Positions 37,859 to 46,232 are shown, counted from the first letter of the stretch. The stretch: DNA of 64,000 bases from Deltaproteobacteria bacterium (GCA_012728915.1 JAAYEC010000040.1:42617-106616); one strand, 5' to 3'. Program-made: numbers and translations. The notes: generated from the sequence alone by a model not told the origin.

Positions 37859-38536
37859 ATGCGCCTTCTCCTGGTCGAGGACGATCCGAAAATCGCATCC
37901 TTCGTGACGAAAGGGTTCCGGGAGGCAGGCTTTGCCGTTTCCCATGCCGGGGATGGAGAGACCGGTCTCCACCTGGCGCTGCACGAGCCCTTCGACGCGG
38001 CCGTCATCGACATCATGCTGCCCAAACTCGACGGTCTAGCCCTCATTCACCGAATGCGTCTCGCGAAGGTGAACACGCCCGTCATCATCCTCAGCGCCAG
38101 GGGCTCGGTGGATGACCGGGTGAAAGGGCTCCAGGGCGGCGGCGACGATTACCTGACCAAACCCTTTTCGTTCTCCGAGCTCCTGGCGCGAGTGCAGGCG
38201 CTGGTCCGCAGGGCGACCGGGGCGGGCGACTCGACCCGCCTTGTCGTCGGCGACCTCACCCTGGATCTTCTCAGGCGGGAGGTGGTTCGCGCGGGCAGGA
38301 AGATCGATCTGCAGCCCAGGGAATTCGCGCTTCTCGAATACCTGATGCGCAACGAGGGCCGCGTCGTTTCCAGGACGATGGTCATGCAGAACGTCTGGAG
38401 CTACGACTTCGTCCCGCTGACCAACGTGGTGGAGGCCCGGATGTGCATCCTGCGGGAGAAGATCGACAGGGAGTTCCACCCGAAGCTCATCCACACGGTC
38501 CGCGGGGCGGGATATGTCCTTAAGGGAAGCGCTTGA
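37859..38536 (+). CDS. OmpR-family response regulator (CusR/CopR-like)
   Basis: MRLLLVEDDPKI…DAAVIDIMLPKLDG…DDYLTKPFSFSEL…winged-helix C-terminus. The alternative ATG at 37853 has no spacer after GAAAGG. Confidence 0.9.
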   Translation: MRLLLVEDDPKIASFVTKGFREAGFAVSHAGDGETGLHLALHEPFDAAVIDIMLPKLDGLALIHRMRLAKVNTPVIILSARGSVDDRVKGLQGGGDDYLTKPFSFSELLARVQALVRRATGAGDSTRLVVGDLTLDLLRREVVRAGRKIDLQPREFALLEYLMRNEGRVVSRTMVMQNVWSYDFVPLTNVVEARMCILREKIDREFHPKLIHTVRGAGYVLKGSA

Positions 38537-39956
38537 GATACGCCGGACGCTGGCGTTCCGGCTCACCTTCTGGTACGCGCTCGTCTTTACCGTCTGCTCT
38601 CTTGCGGCGTTCGCCGTCTTCTATGCCGTCATTTCCAACGTCGTCAAGGAACGCACCGATCAGGCGATGCTCAAGGAGATGGCCGAAGCCGCCGCCATTC
38701 TGAAATCGAAGGGCGAGGGCGCCTTCGGCGCGGAGTTGGGCTTCGAGGCTGAATCCGAGGGCGTCGGCGACGTTTTCTTCCGCCTGCTCGACCCGGCCGG
38801 CGGCGAGATCGCCGCGACGAACATGAACGCCTGGAAGGGGGTGGGTGCGGACAGGGGCCCGCTGACCCGCGCGGCGGCAGGGGACGGCCCTGTATTCGAA
38901 ACGGTGTCCGTCCCGGGGAAGCCCTACCAGGCACGGATCGTCTACGGGCTCCTGGAGTCGGGCAAGATCATCCAGATCGGCGTCTCCCTGGAAGACAATG
39001 CGCGCTTTCTCGAAACGTTCCGGGACGTGTTCGTGCCGGGGATCCTGATCATCATGGCCTTCTCGACGCTCATCGGGTGGTTCATGGCGGCCCGCGCCCT
39101 GGCCGGCATCCGGGAGGTCACGCGGACGGCGCTGGACATCTCGGAAGGGGCCTTCGAGAAGCGGGTGCGGGTCCGGGCAGGAGGCGACGAGGTCGAGCGG
39201 CTCGCCGTCGCCTTCAACCGGATGCTGGACCGCATCGACGGGCTGGTCCGGGGGCTGAGGGAAGTGACGGACGACATTGCCCATGACCTGAGGACCCCGA
39301 TTGCCCGCATACGGGGGCTTGCCGAGGCGGAGCTCAACGCGGGAAACTCCGGCGGGGAGCCCAATCAGCTGGCGGCGGACACCGTGGAGGAATGCGACAA
39401 CCTGCTGCAGATGATCAACACCATGCTGGAGATTGCCGAGATCGAGGCGGGGATCAAGGCCCTTCCCGGGGCCGACGTGGACCTGGCTCAGGTCGTCGGG
39501 GAAGCCGTCGATCTCTTCCGGCCCCTTGCCGACGGGAAAGGGGTTCGCCTCGAATCCGGCGTGTCCGAAGCGTTTCCCGTCCAGGGCAATGTGCGCGGTC
39601 TCCAGCGGATCGCCGTCAATCTCCTGGACAACGCCATCAAATACACGCCCGCCGGGGGGACCGTGTCCGTCTTCCTGAAAGACAAGGGGGAGCAATTCGA
39701 TCTGATCGTTCGGGACACGGGTATCGGCATTGCCGAAGAGGAACTGCCCCTCGTCTTCAACCGGCTCTACCGCTGCGACAGCAGCCGCTCCCAGCCCGGC
39801 TTCGGGCTGGGCCTCAGCCTCGCGTCGGCCGTCGCCCGCGCCCACGGCGGCCGCATCTCGGTGGAGAGCCTGCCCGGCCGTGGAAGCACCTTTACCGTCA
39901 CGCTGCCCCGCCGGCCCTTTGCGATTTCCGTCCACGGCAACATTACCAAATCATAA
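38514..39956 (+). CDS. Sensor histidine kinase (heavy-metal-sensor CusS-like architecture: 2 TM, HAMP, HisKA, HATPase)
   Basis: …FRLTFWYALVF… N-terminus, H-box IAHDLRTPIARIRGL, N-box LLDNAIKYTP, and G-boxes DTGIGI / GFGLGLSL. It overlaps the regulator gene by 23 nt. Confidence 0.9.
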   Translation: MSLREALEIRRTLAFRLTFWYALVFTVCSLAAFAVFYAVISNVVKERTDQAMLKEMAEAAAILKSKGEGAFGAELGFEAESEGVGDVFFRLLDPAGGEIAATNMNAWKGVGADRGPLTRAAAGDGPVFETVSVPGKPYQARIVYGLLESGKIIQIGVSLEDNARFLETFRDVFVPGILIIMAFSTLIGWFMAARALAGIREVTRTALDISEGAFEKRVRVRAGGDEVERLAVAFNRMLDRIDGLVRGLREVTDDIAHDLRTPIARIRGLAEAELNAGNSGGEPNQLAADTVEECDNLLQMINTMLEIAEIEAGIKALPGADVDLAQVVGEAVDLFRPLADGKGVRLESGVSEAFPVQGNVRGLQRIAVNLLDNAIKYTPAGGTVSVFLKDKGEQFDLIVRDTGIGIAEEELPLVFNRLYRCDSSRSQPGFGLGLSLASAVARAHGGRISVESLPGRGSTFTVTLPRRPFAISVHGNITKS

Positions 39957-39986
39957 TCTTCCCGTAATCTTCCCATAATCTGCACG
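39954..39986 (+). repeat. Three tandem 11-bp units: TAATCTTCCCG / TAATCTTCCCA / TAATCTGCACG
   Basis: They start at the kinase stop codon and lie 150-180 nt upstream of the LtaS-like gene. The 11-bp period equals one helical turn. Confidence 0.6.
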
Positions 39987-40136
39987 TGCTATAGGCAGGG
40001 CATCTTTACGGCCTTTTCCCGCAGGGAACGGTTATTCGCGGATGCGGCCGGCGGGGCAGCGAACCTCTCCCGCGGCATCCTTTCGCGGAGCTGTCGAGCC
40101 GACGACCCGGGACGGGACAATGGAGCTGTCGGGTTC

Positions 40137-42119
40137 ATGATGCCCAAAAGCCGGTTCAGCGCGCTGTTGCTTGCCTGCGGGATCAATCTTCTCTGTTTCA
40201 CCCTTCTGCGGGCCTTCCTGTATGCGCGGTCCTGGGCTGTTGTCGGCCCCTCCTTCCCCGGCGCCCTGCACATCTTCGGGCTGGGTTTTCTCTACGATGC
40301 TGTCTTCTGCGTCTACTTCAGCGCTTTCTTCGCCGTGGCGCTCCTGCTTCTGCCCAACCGGGTTTACACCGGCCGCGTCTTCGGCTGGCTCGGCCGGGCG
40401 GCCTTTTTCGCCTTCCTCTATGCCCTCGGGTTCATGCTGGTGGCCGAGTGGCTCTTCTGGGACGAGTTCGGTACCCGCTTCAATTTCATCGCCGTCGACT
40501 ACCTCGTGTACGGCACCGAGGTGACCCGCAACATCTACGAATCCTACCCCGTCGTTTCCCTGCTGGCCTGCATCCTCGCCGCGTCGGCGGCCGTGTTCCT
40601 CGGGTTGCGAAAGACCCTTGCGGAGCTGTTCCGGATCCGGGAGAGCTTCCGCAGGAGGCTGGCCGTAACATCGGGGATCGGGGCGGCGTTCGTTGCCGCT
40701 CTCATCCTCGTCGGCCAGGCCCCGCGGGATGCCTTCGTGAACAATTATGCGAGGGAACTGGCCTCCAACGGCCCCTATCAACTGGTCGGCGCCTTCCGGA
40801 ACAATACGCTGGACTACGACACGTTCTACACCCGGGGAGACGACGAGGAACTGTCGCGGCTGGCGAAGCTCTCCGTCTCGAAAAACCCGGACGAGGGGGA
40901 GCGCTTCGACCTCTCGCGCGCGGTTCCCGCCGGCGGCCCGGAGAGGCGGCTCAACGTCATCCTCATCTCCATCGAGAGCCTCAGCGCGGAATTCATGTCC
41001 CGGTTCGGGAACAGGGAAGGCATCACCCCGTTCCTGGACGGCCTGGCGAAGGAGAGCCTGTTCTTCTCCAGCCTCTTTGCGACGGGGACCCGCACGGACC
41101 GGGGCCTGGAGGCCATCACCCTCTCCATCCCGCCCACCCCCGGCCGTTCGCTGGTCAAGCGGCCGGACAACGCGCGCCTCTACTCCCTGGGCTACGTGTT
41201 CCGGCAGCGGGGCTATGACGTCGCGTTCCTGTACGGGGGCCGCGGCTTTTTCGACAACATGAACGCCTTCTTCTCCGGCAACGGCTACCGGACCGTCGAC
41301 CAGACGGACCTCAAGGGCGGCGAGATCACCTTCCAGAACGCCTGGGGCGTTGCGGACGAGGACCTGTATCGCAAGGCGCTCAGGGAGGCCGATGCCGCTC
41401 ACGGCAGCGGGAGGCATTTTTTCTTTCACGTCATGACGACAAGCAACCACCGGCCGTTCACCTACCCCGAAGGGAGGATCGACATCCCCTCCGGGACAGG
41501 CCGCCCGGGCGCCGTGAAATACACCGATCACGCCCTGAAGGAGTTCCTCTCGGCCGCGGGGCAGCGGCCCTGGTTCGGCGACACCGTCTTTGTCGTCGTC
41601 GCCGATCACTGCGCCGGCAGCGCCGGTGAGGTCGGGCTCCCGATCCGAAAATATCATATCCCCCTGTTCATCTATTCTCCGAAGCATGTCGCGCCCCGGG
41701 AGGTTGCCAGGACATGCAGCCAGATCGACATCGCCCCGACGCTGCTGGCCCTGCTGGGGTTCGACTACGAAAGCCGTTTCTGGGGCAGCGACGTGCTGCG
41801 CGACGGGTTCACGGAGAGGGCGCTCATCGGCAATTACCAGAAGCTGGGCCTCTACAAGGACGGGCGGCTGGTGATCCTCTCGCCCCGCAAGCTCATCGAC
41901 GTGATGGAGAGGCCCCTCGTGCAGAACCGGATCGAGAAGGCGGCGGCGGAGGATCCCCTCTCCCGCGAAGCCATGGCGTACTACCAGGGCGCCGACTACA
42001 TCCTCCGGCACCGCATGAACCGCTGGGAATATGCCCGCCCGGCTTCCCCCGCGCTTGCGCAGGCCTCTGGGCGGCAAGGGGTACCCCGGGAGGAAAGCCC
42101 GATGGCGGCGGACCGTTGA
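40137..42119 (+). CDS. LtaS/MdoB-type sulfatase-superfamily transferase (phosphoglycerol-transferase-like)
   Basis: N-terminal multi-TM region followed by an alkaline-phosphatase-superfamily domain: NVILISIESLSAEF…TGTRTDRGLEAI…MTTSNHRPFTYPEG…. Confidence 0.85.
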   Translation: MMPKSRFSALLLACGINLLCFTLLRAFLYARSWAVVGPSFPGALHIFGLGFLYDAVFCVYFSAFFAVALLLLPNRVYTGRVFGWLGRAAFFAFLYALGFMLVAEWLFWDEFGTRFNFIAVDYLVYGTEVTRNIYESYPVVSLLACILAASAAVFLGLRKTLAELFRIRESFRRRLAVTSGIGAAFVAALILVGQAPRDAFVNNYARELASNGPYQLVGAFRNNTLDYDTFYTRGDDEELSRLAKLSVSKNPDEGERFDLSRAVPAGGPERRLNVILISIESLSAEFMSRFGNREGITPFLDGLAKESLFFSSLFATGTRTDRGLEAITLSIPPTPGRSLVKRPDNARLYSLGYVFRQRGYDVAFLYGGRGFFDNMNAFFSGNGYRTVDQTDLKGGEITFQNAWGVADEDLYRKALREADAAHGSGRHFFFHVMTTSNHRPFTYPEGRIDIPSGTGRPGAVKYTDHALKEFLSAAGQRPWFGDTVFVVVADHCAGSAGEVGLPIRKYHIPLFIYSPKHVAPREVARTCSQIDIAPTLLALLGFDYESRFWGSDVLRDGFTERALIGNYQKLGLYKDGRLVILSPRKLIDVMERPLVQNRIEKAAAEDPLSREAMAYYQGADYILRHRMNRWEYARPASPALAQASGRQGVPREESPMAADR

Positions 42120-42133
42120 ACGGGGGATCGTCG

Positions 42134-43456
42134 ATGCAGCGGACAGGGAGACATGCGGGGATTTCCGCGGCAGCCGTTCTCGTCTTCGCCATGGCCCTCT
42201 TCCCGCATTCAGTTCTTCATGCTGACAATCCGGCCGTAACGTCCGCCGGGGATGTCCTCCAGGTTGCCCTGCCTGCTCTTGCCGTGGGATCGACGTTCTT
42301 CGCCGGCACGGAAGAGGGGCAACGATGGGACCGGGAAGGGACGAAGGAGGCCGCCCTGTCGATCGGAACGACCGCCGTGATCACCTGGGCGGGCAAGGAG
42401 ACGGTCCGGAAGATGCGACCGGACGGAAGCGACCGGCAGTCGTTCCCCTCGGGACACACATCGGCCGCCTTTTCGGGGGCCGCCTTTCTGGGCACCCGGT
42501 ACGGCTGGCAATGGGGCGCCCCGGCCTGTGCCGCGGCCGCCTTCACGGGCTACAGCCGCATCCAGGCCGACCAGCACTTCGTTGACGACGTCGTGGCCGG
42601 CGCGAGTATCGCCCTGCTGGTCGACCTGGCCCTGGTCCGGTCGAAGGACGACCCTGTCCGCATCCTTCCCGTGGCCATGGAGAAAGGGGCGGGAATCCAG
42701 ATCACGTTCCTCGATTCCGACTCCGGGGGAAAAGCCGCCCTCCGGGAGGAACTGAAGAGAACAGACTATCCCCGGTTTCGGTTCAACTTCGCCTTCGGTC
42801 CCGCCTTCCTCAAGGAGCACGATCTCGCCGCGCCGGCCGACAGCGGCACTCCGATCGACCTGAACGGGTTCGAGAAGATCAACGACCCCGTTACGACAGC
42901 CGCCGTGGACCTGAGCATTCTCCTGGACGGGCATCACGAGCTGACGTTCTTCTTCTGGCCCATGGAATCCAAGGACGTGGGGACGTTCGGCACCCCTGCC
43001 TCGTTTGCCGGGACGGCCTTCCCGGCCGGTGTGCCGATAAACTCGGACTGGCGTCTCTACGACATGCGGGCCCGGTGGCGCTATGAATTCCTCCCGGAAT
43101 CCTCCTGGATCGTCAAGGCGGGGCTGGGCCTCATGGCGCAGTATTACACGGCGCAGCTGTCGACCCGGTCCGGCGATGTCTCGGCGGAGACATCCGCGAT
43201 GACTTTCCTTCCCTATCTCCACGGGCAGCTGGGCTACCGGATCAGCGAAAAGCTCTCGCTTTCCCTGGAAGGGAACGGGTTCTACTGGCCCGAGAACTGG
43301 TTCGTCGATGCCGGCCTCTTCCTGAACTACCGGATGAGCCGGCACTGGGATGTCACCCTGGGCACGCAGGTCTACGGACGCGAGGCGGACACCTCGGATA
43401 TGAGCGATCGCCTGGTTTACCGCATCCCCTACCTGTCGATTGCGTACACGTGGTGA
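42134..43456 (+). CDS. PAP2-family phosphatase fused to a C-terminal beta-barrel-like domain
   Basis: ATG at 42134 (the listed start at 41714 lies inside the upstream gene). Signal peptide. PAP2 motifs KETVRKMRPDG, PSGHTS, SRIQADQHFVDDV. The C-terminal 250 aa show alternating-strand character and end …YLSIAYTW. Confidence 0.8.
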   Translation: MQRTGRHAGISAAAVLVFAMALFPHSVLHADNPAVTSAGDVLQVALPALAVGSTFFAGTEEGQRWDREGTKEAALSIGTTAVITWAGKETVRKMRPDGSDRQSFPSGHTSAAFSGAAFLGTRYGWQWGAPACAAAAFTGYSRIQADQHFVDDVVAGASIALLVDLALVRSKDDPVRILPVAMEKGAGIQITFLDSDSGGKAALREELKRTDYPRFRFNFAFGPAFLKEHDLAAPADSGTPIDLNGFEKINDPVTTAAVDLSILLDGHHELTFFFWPMESKDVGTFGTPASFAGTAFPAGVPINSDWRLYDMRARWRYEFLPESSWIVKAGLGLMAQYYTAQLSTRSGDVSAETSAMTFLPYLHGQLGYRISEKLSLSLEGNGFYWPENWFVDAGLFLNYRMSRHWDVTLGTQVYGREADTSDMSDRLVYRIPYLSIAYTW

Positions 43457-43495
43457 GGATTCGGGCGGCGGGAGGCGGTTCGGCCGATGTGCCGA

Positions 43496-43571
43496 ACGCC
43501 GCGGGGAAACGCCGGGACGGCGAAGATCATCGCCGGGGCGCTGAGGGACAGGGGGATGATGCAGGGCGGCG
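43496..43571 (+). repeat. 76-bp direct repeat, copy 2 (relic of the 3' end of an SGNH-like gene)
   Basis: Translates in one frame as …TPRGNAGTAKIIAGALRDRGMMQGGG…stop. Copy 1 reads …TPRGNAETAKIIAGALRDRGMMQGGD…. No upstream coding context remains. Confidence 0.9.
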
Positions 43572-43623
43572 GCCTGGTGTCACGTCCGGAGTAGCTGCCC
43601 GAAAAGGATCGGCATCTCCGTCT

Positions 43624-44487
43624 TCAGTGCGGGGAGGGCTGCACGATCCCGACCAGTTCCCGCGCGTTGTCGAGTTCCTTGACCAGCCGGGCCAGGGCGG
43701 CCTCGAAATCCGCCTGCGCAAGGCCCAGGCGTTTCATGGCCTCGTCGAGTCCGTCGTAGGCCAGCCCGTCCGATCCCTGGCCGATGCCCAGCATCAGACA
43801 GCCCTGGTCGGCGAGGTGGACGAGCCACGGCATCAGGCCGTTTCCGCTCGCCAGCCGGTCCGGCCGGTGATGGAAGGCGATGGCCTGCCGGATCTCCTCC
43901 GGGAATTTCCAGTTGGCGGCGATCAGCCCGCCCAGGGTGGCATGGTTCATGCCGAGCACCTTCTCCTCGGCCTCGAGGAACGATCGGGACTCGCCCGACA
44001 CGATCTTCTTGATCTCGGCGTACTTGTCTTTCACGAATGCGCCGAGGACGATCTTGCCGATGTCGTGCAGGATCGCCGCGGTGAAGAGGCTCGTTTCCTC
44101 CCTCCCCGTGACTTTTTTCGACAGGATCTGCGCCAGCAGGGCCGTTCCCACGGCGTGCTCCCACATCACCTTCGCCTCGGCCTCGTAGCCCGGCGTGTTC
44201 CTGAAGAAGCGCGACGCGCCGGCGGCCATGACGGCACGGACGATATTCTGCCTTCCCAGGTACAGGATGGCGTCCTGGACGTTGTCCACCTTGTGACGCA
44301 GGCCGAAGTAGGCCGAGTTGCACATCCGGAGGATGTTGGCCGTGATGGACTGGTCGAGCCGCACAACGTCCACGAGTTCCGCCATCGATGAGTCGGGGTC
44401 GTTGATGAGGGCCGTTACCCGGTGCACCGTGGCGGGGAAGGCGGGAAGGCCGTTCACCGCTTTCTTGATTGCGCTGTCCATGCTCAT
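43624..44487 (-). CDS. HDOD domain-containing signalling protein
   Basis: …LPAFPATVHRVTALINDPDSSMAELVDVVRLDQSITANILRMCNSAYFG…AAILHDIGKIVL…. Confidence 0.85.
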   Translation of the reverse strand: MSMDSAIKKAVNGLPAFPATVHRVTALINDPDSSMAELVDVVRLDQSITANILRMCNSAYFGLRHKVDNVQDAILYLGRQNIVRAVMAAGASRFFRNTPGYEAEAKVMWEHAVGTALLAQILSKKVTGREETSLFTAAILHDIGKIVLGAFVKDKYAEIKKIVSGESRSFLEAEEKVLGMNHATLGGLIAANWKFPEEIRQAIAFHHRPDRLASGNGLMPWLVHLADQGCLMLGIGQGSDGLAYDGLDEAMKRLGLAQADFEAALARLVKELDNARELVGIVQPSPH

Positions 44488-44969
44488 GCCATTTCCTCCC
44501 AGTTGCCGTCGGGGTGCCTGACGAATGATTTCCCCGTCGAGATCTCCATCCTTACCGCCCGGTTGTGGTTGCCGCCCGTGTTCTCCGACGTCAGCGGGAT
44601 GGAGAGCTGTTCGAGGATCCGGCGGGCCGCCGCGATGTTGCCCTCGCTGATGCTCCGGGAGATCCCCTGGCCCATCAGGAGCGAGCCCCCGGCCAGCCTG
44701 GCCGTAATCGCCTCGCGCCTGGCCCCCTTCTTGGTGCAGGCCTCGACCAGCAGAGGGATCGCCACGTCGGCGAACATGGCCGGGTATTCCCTGGCCCGCT
44801 GCGGCTCCGAGGCCGAGTTGGGTAGCATGAAGTGCGCGATGCCCCCGGTTTGAGCCTGTGCGTCGTAGAGCATGACGGCCGCGGTGGACCCCAGCCCGTA
44901 GACGACGAGCAGGTCATCCGGGTTGTTGCTCACGCTCAAATCAGCCAGCTTGACGAGGATCTGGGGCAT
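44484..44969 (-). CDS. cheD: Chemoreceptor glutamine deamidase CheD
   Basis: ATG at 44969 (MPQILVKLADLSVSNNPDDLLVVYGLGSTAAVMLYD…GGIAHFMLP…). The stop overlaps the HDOD start (ATGA). The listed 236-aa ORF carries a non-coding-looking extension. Confidence 0.85.
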   Translation of the reverse strand: MPQILVKLADLSVSNNPDDLLVVYGLGSTAAVMLYDAQAQTGGIAHFMLPNSASEPQRAREYPAMFADVAIPLLVEACTKKGARREAITARLAGGSLLMGQGISRSISEGNIAAARRILEQLSIPLTSENTGGNHNRAVRMEISTGKSFVRHPDGNWEEMA

Positions 44970-45062
44970 TCTGCACCCTTTTGCGGTTGTGGCCGGTCCG
45001 GCTGCCCGGTTGTGTGTTTCTGTCCGTCTTTTCGAATATGTGCATCCTTCATGCCATTCCCA

Positions 45063-45102
45063 AAGTAAAGTGGGGGACGTCCAAGTAAAGCAGGGGACGT
45101 CC
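45063..45102. repeat. Left tandem repeat, 2 x 20 bp (AAGTAAAG-NN-GGGGACGTCC)
   Basis: The units 45063..45082 and 45083..45102 are identical in 18 of 20 positions. Each contains the 8-bp palindrome GGACGTCC, so the two copies can pair as an 8-bp stem with a 12-nt loop. Confidence 0.85.
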
Positions 45103-45143
45103 ATGCTTTTAAGCTTTTCATTGAAAGAGGTCTGTGGTAGGAA

Positions 45144-46154
45144 ATGAACATGCCGCGGAAAGCAAGAATAGACGCGCCCGGGGCGCTGCATCATGTGATC
45201 ATCCGAGGGATCGAAGGGCGGAAGATTTTCAGGTCGGACGACGATCGAATGAATTTTGTGGACCGGCTTTCGGAATTAATCCCCAAAACGAAAACCGACT
45301 GCTTCGCCTGGAGCCTTCTCGACAACCATGCCCATTTCCTGTTCAGGACCGGCTCGGTTCCGGTGGCTGTTCTCATGAGCCGGCTTCTGACCGGTTATGC
45401 GGGTTGGTTCAATAGGCGGTACCGGAGGCACGGTCAACTTTTCCAGAATCGATACAAGTCGATTTTGTGCCAGGAAGATCCCTATCTCAAGGAACTGGTG
45501 CGCTATATCCACTTGAATCCGTTGAGGGCGCGACTGGTAAAGACGCTGGAGGAGCTGGACGCGTATCCATGGTGCGGTCATGGCGTTCTCATGAGTGAAT
45601 CGACATGCGCGTGGCAGAACGTAGAATATGTGTATGGGTTGTTTTCCGATTATAAGGCGGAAGCCCGGGAGAGGTATCGAAGGTTTGTCGAGCAAGGCGT
45701 CATTGAAGGCAGACGGCCCGATCTTGTAGGAGGGGGGCTTCTGAGAAGTTCCGGTGGCTGGACGGGTCTCGAGGGGCTGCGGAAAGCCGGCATACGTGTG
45801 AAGGGAGACGAACGCATCCTCGGGGATAGTGACTTTGTAGAGAATGTTCTCAAGAGGGCAATGGAAGCGCTCGAGGAGAAATACGAACTGAAAGCCCGCG
45901 GGTATGATTTCAATTGGGTTGTCTCGCGTGTGGCCGAATTGCTGGGTATGAGCACGGATCAGGTGACGGCAATCGGGAAATCGCCCGGAACCGTCAAGGC
46001 GCGCGCGCTTCTTTGTTATTGGGCGCATCGCAAGTTGGGAATGACCGCCACGGAAATTGCAGCGCGGCTCGGGATAGGACAGCCGGCGGCAAGCCGCTTG
46101 TCGAGACGGGGGGAAGAGATCGAAAAAGAGCTCGGACTTCATTTGATTGAATGA
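45144..46154 (+). CDS. HUH Y1 transposase, IS200-like / REP-associated tyrosine transposase-like, with a C-terminal DnaA-domain-IV-like HTH
   Basis: …APGALHHVIIRG…LLDNHAHFLF (HUH)…GQLFQNRYKS (catalytic Tyr)…C-terminal …LGMTATEIAARLGIGQPAASRL…. Confidence 0.85.
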   Translation: MNMPRKARIDAPGALHHVIIRGIEGRKIFRSDDDRMNFVDRLSELIPKTKTDCFAWSLLDNHAHFLFRTGSVPVAVLMSRLLTGYAGWFNRRYRRHGQLFQNRYKSILCQEDPYLKELVRYIHLNPLRARLVKTLEELDAYPWCGHGVLMSESTCAWQNVEYVYGLFSDYKAEARERYRRFVEQGVIEGRRPDLVGGGLLRSSGGWTGLEGLRKAGIRVKGDERILGDSDFVENVLKRAMEALEEKYELKARGYDFNWVVSRVAELLGMSTDQVTAIGKSPGTVKARALLCYWAHRKLGMTATEIAARLGIGQPAASRLSRRGEEIEKELGLHLIE

Positions 46155-46170
46155 AATAGCATGAAAGCAT

Positions 46171-46208
46171 GGACGTCCCCTTCATCAGTGGACGTCCCCT
46201 TCATCAGT
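46171..46208. repeat. Right tandem repeat, 2 x 19 bp (GGACGTCCCCTTCATCAGT), perfect
   Basis: The units 46171..46189 and 46190..46208 are identical. The two GGACGTCC cores can pair as an 8-bp stem with an 11-nt loop. Confidence 0.9.
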
Positions 46209-46232
46209 CCTGCGAGAAAGGGAGGGCAACGG

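Larger units (their letters stand above)
45063..46208 (+). mobile_element. IS200/IS605-superfamily (RAYT-like) HUH transposase unit with hairpin-forming terminal repeats
   Basis: A single transposase gene is flanked by a perfect 14-bp inverted repeat: GGGGACGTCCATGC (45093..45106) and GCATGGACGTCCCC (46167..46180). Each is duplicated in tandem on its outward side. GC content is lower than the surrounding sequence. Confidence 0.6.

Noticed and set aside
40137-43456. mcr-1/pap2-like polymyxin-resistance pair (phosphoethanolamine transferase plus PAP2).
   Set aside because: The transferase shows LtaS/MdoB-type features (…MTTSNHRPFTYPEG…, 660 aa) rather than the EptA/MCR pattern. No phosphoethanolamine-transferase call can be supported from the sequence.
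46161-46232. Alternative start ATG 46161 for the rhodanese gene (MKAWTSPSSVDVPFISPARKGGQR…).
   Set aside because: This stretch is simply the translation of the two GGACGTCCCCTTCATCAGT repeats. ATG 46233 has a proper SD and yields a canonical lipoprotein signal peptide.
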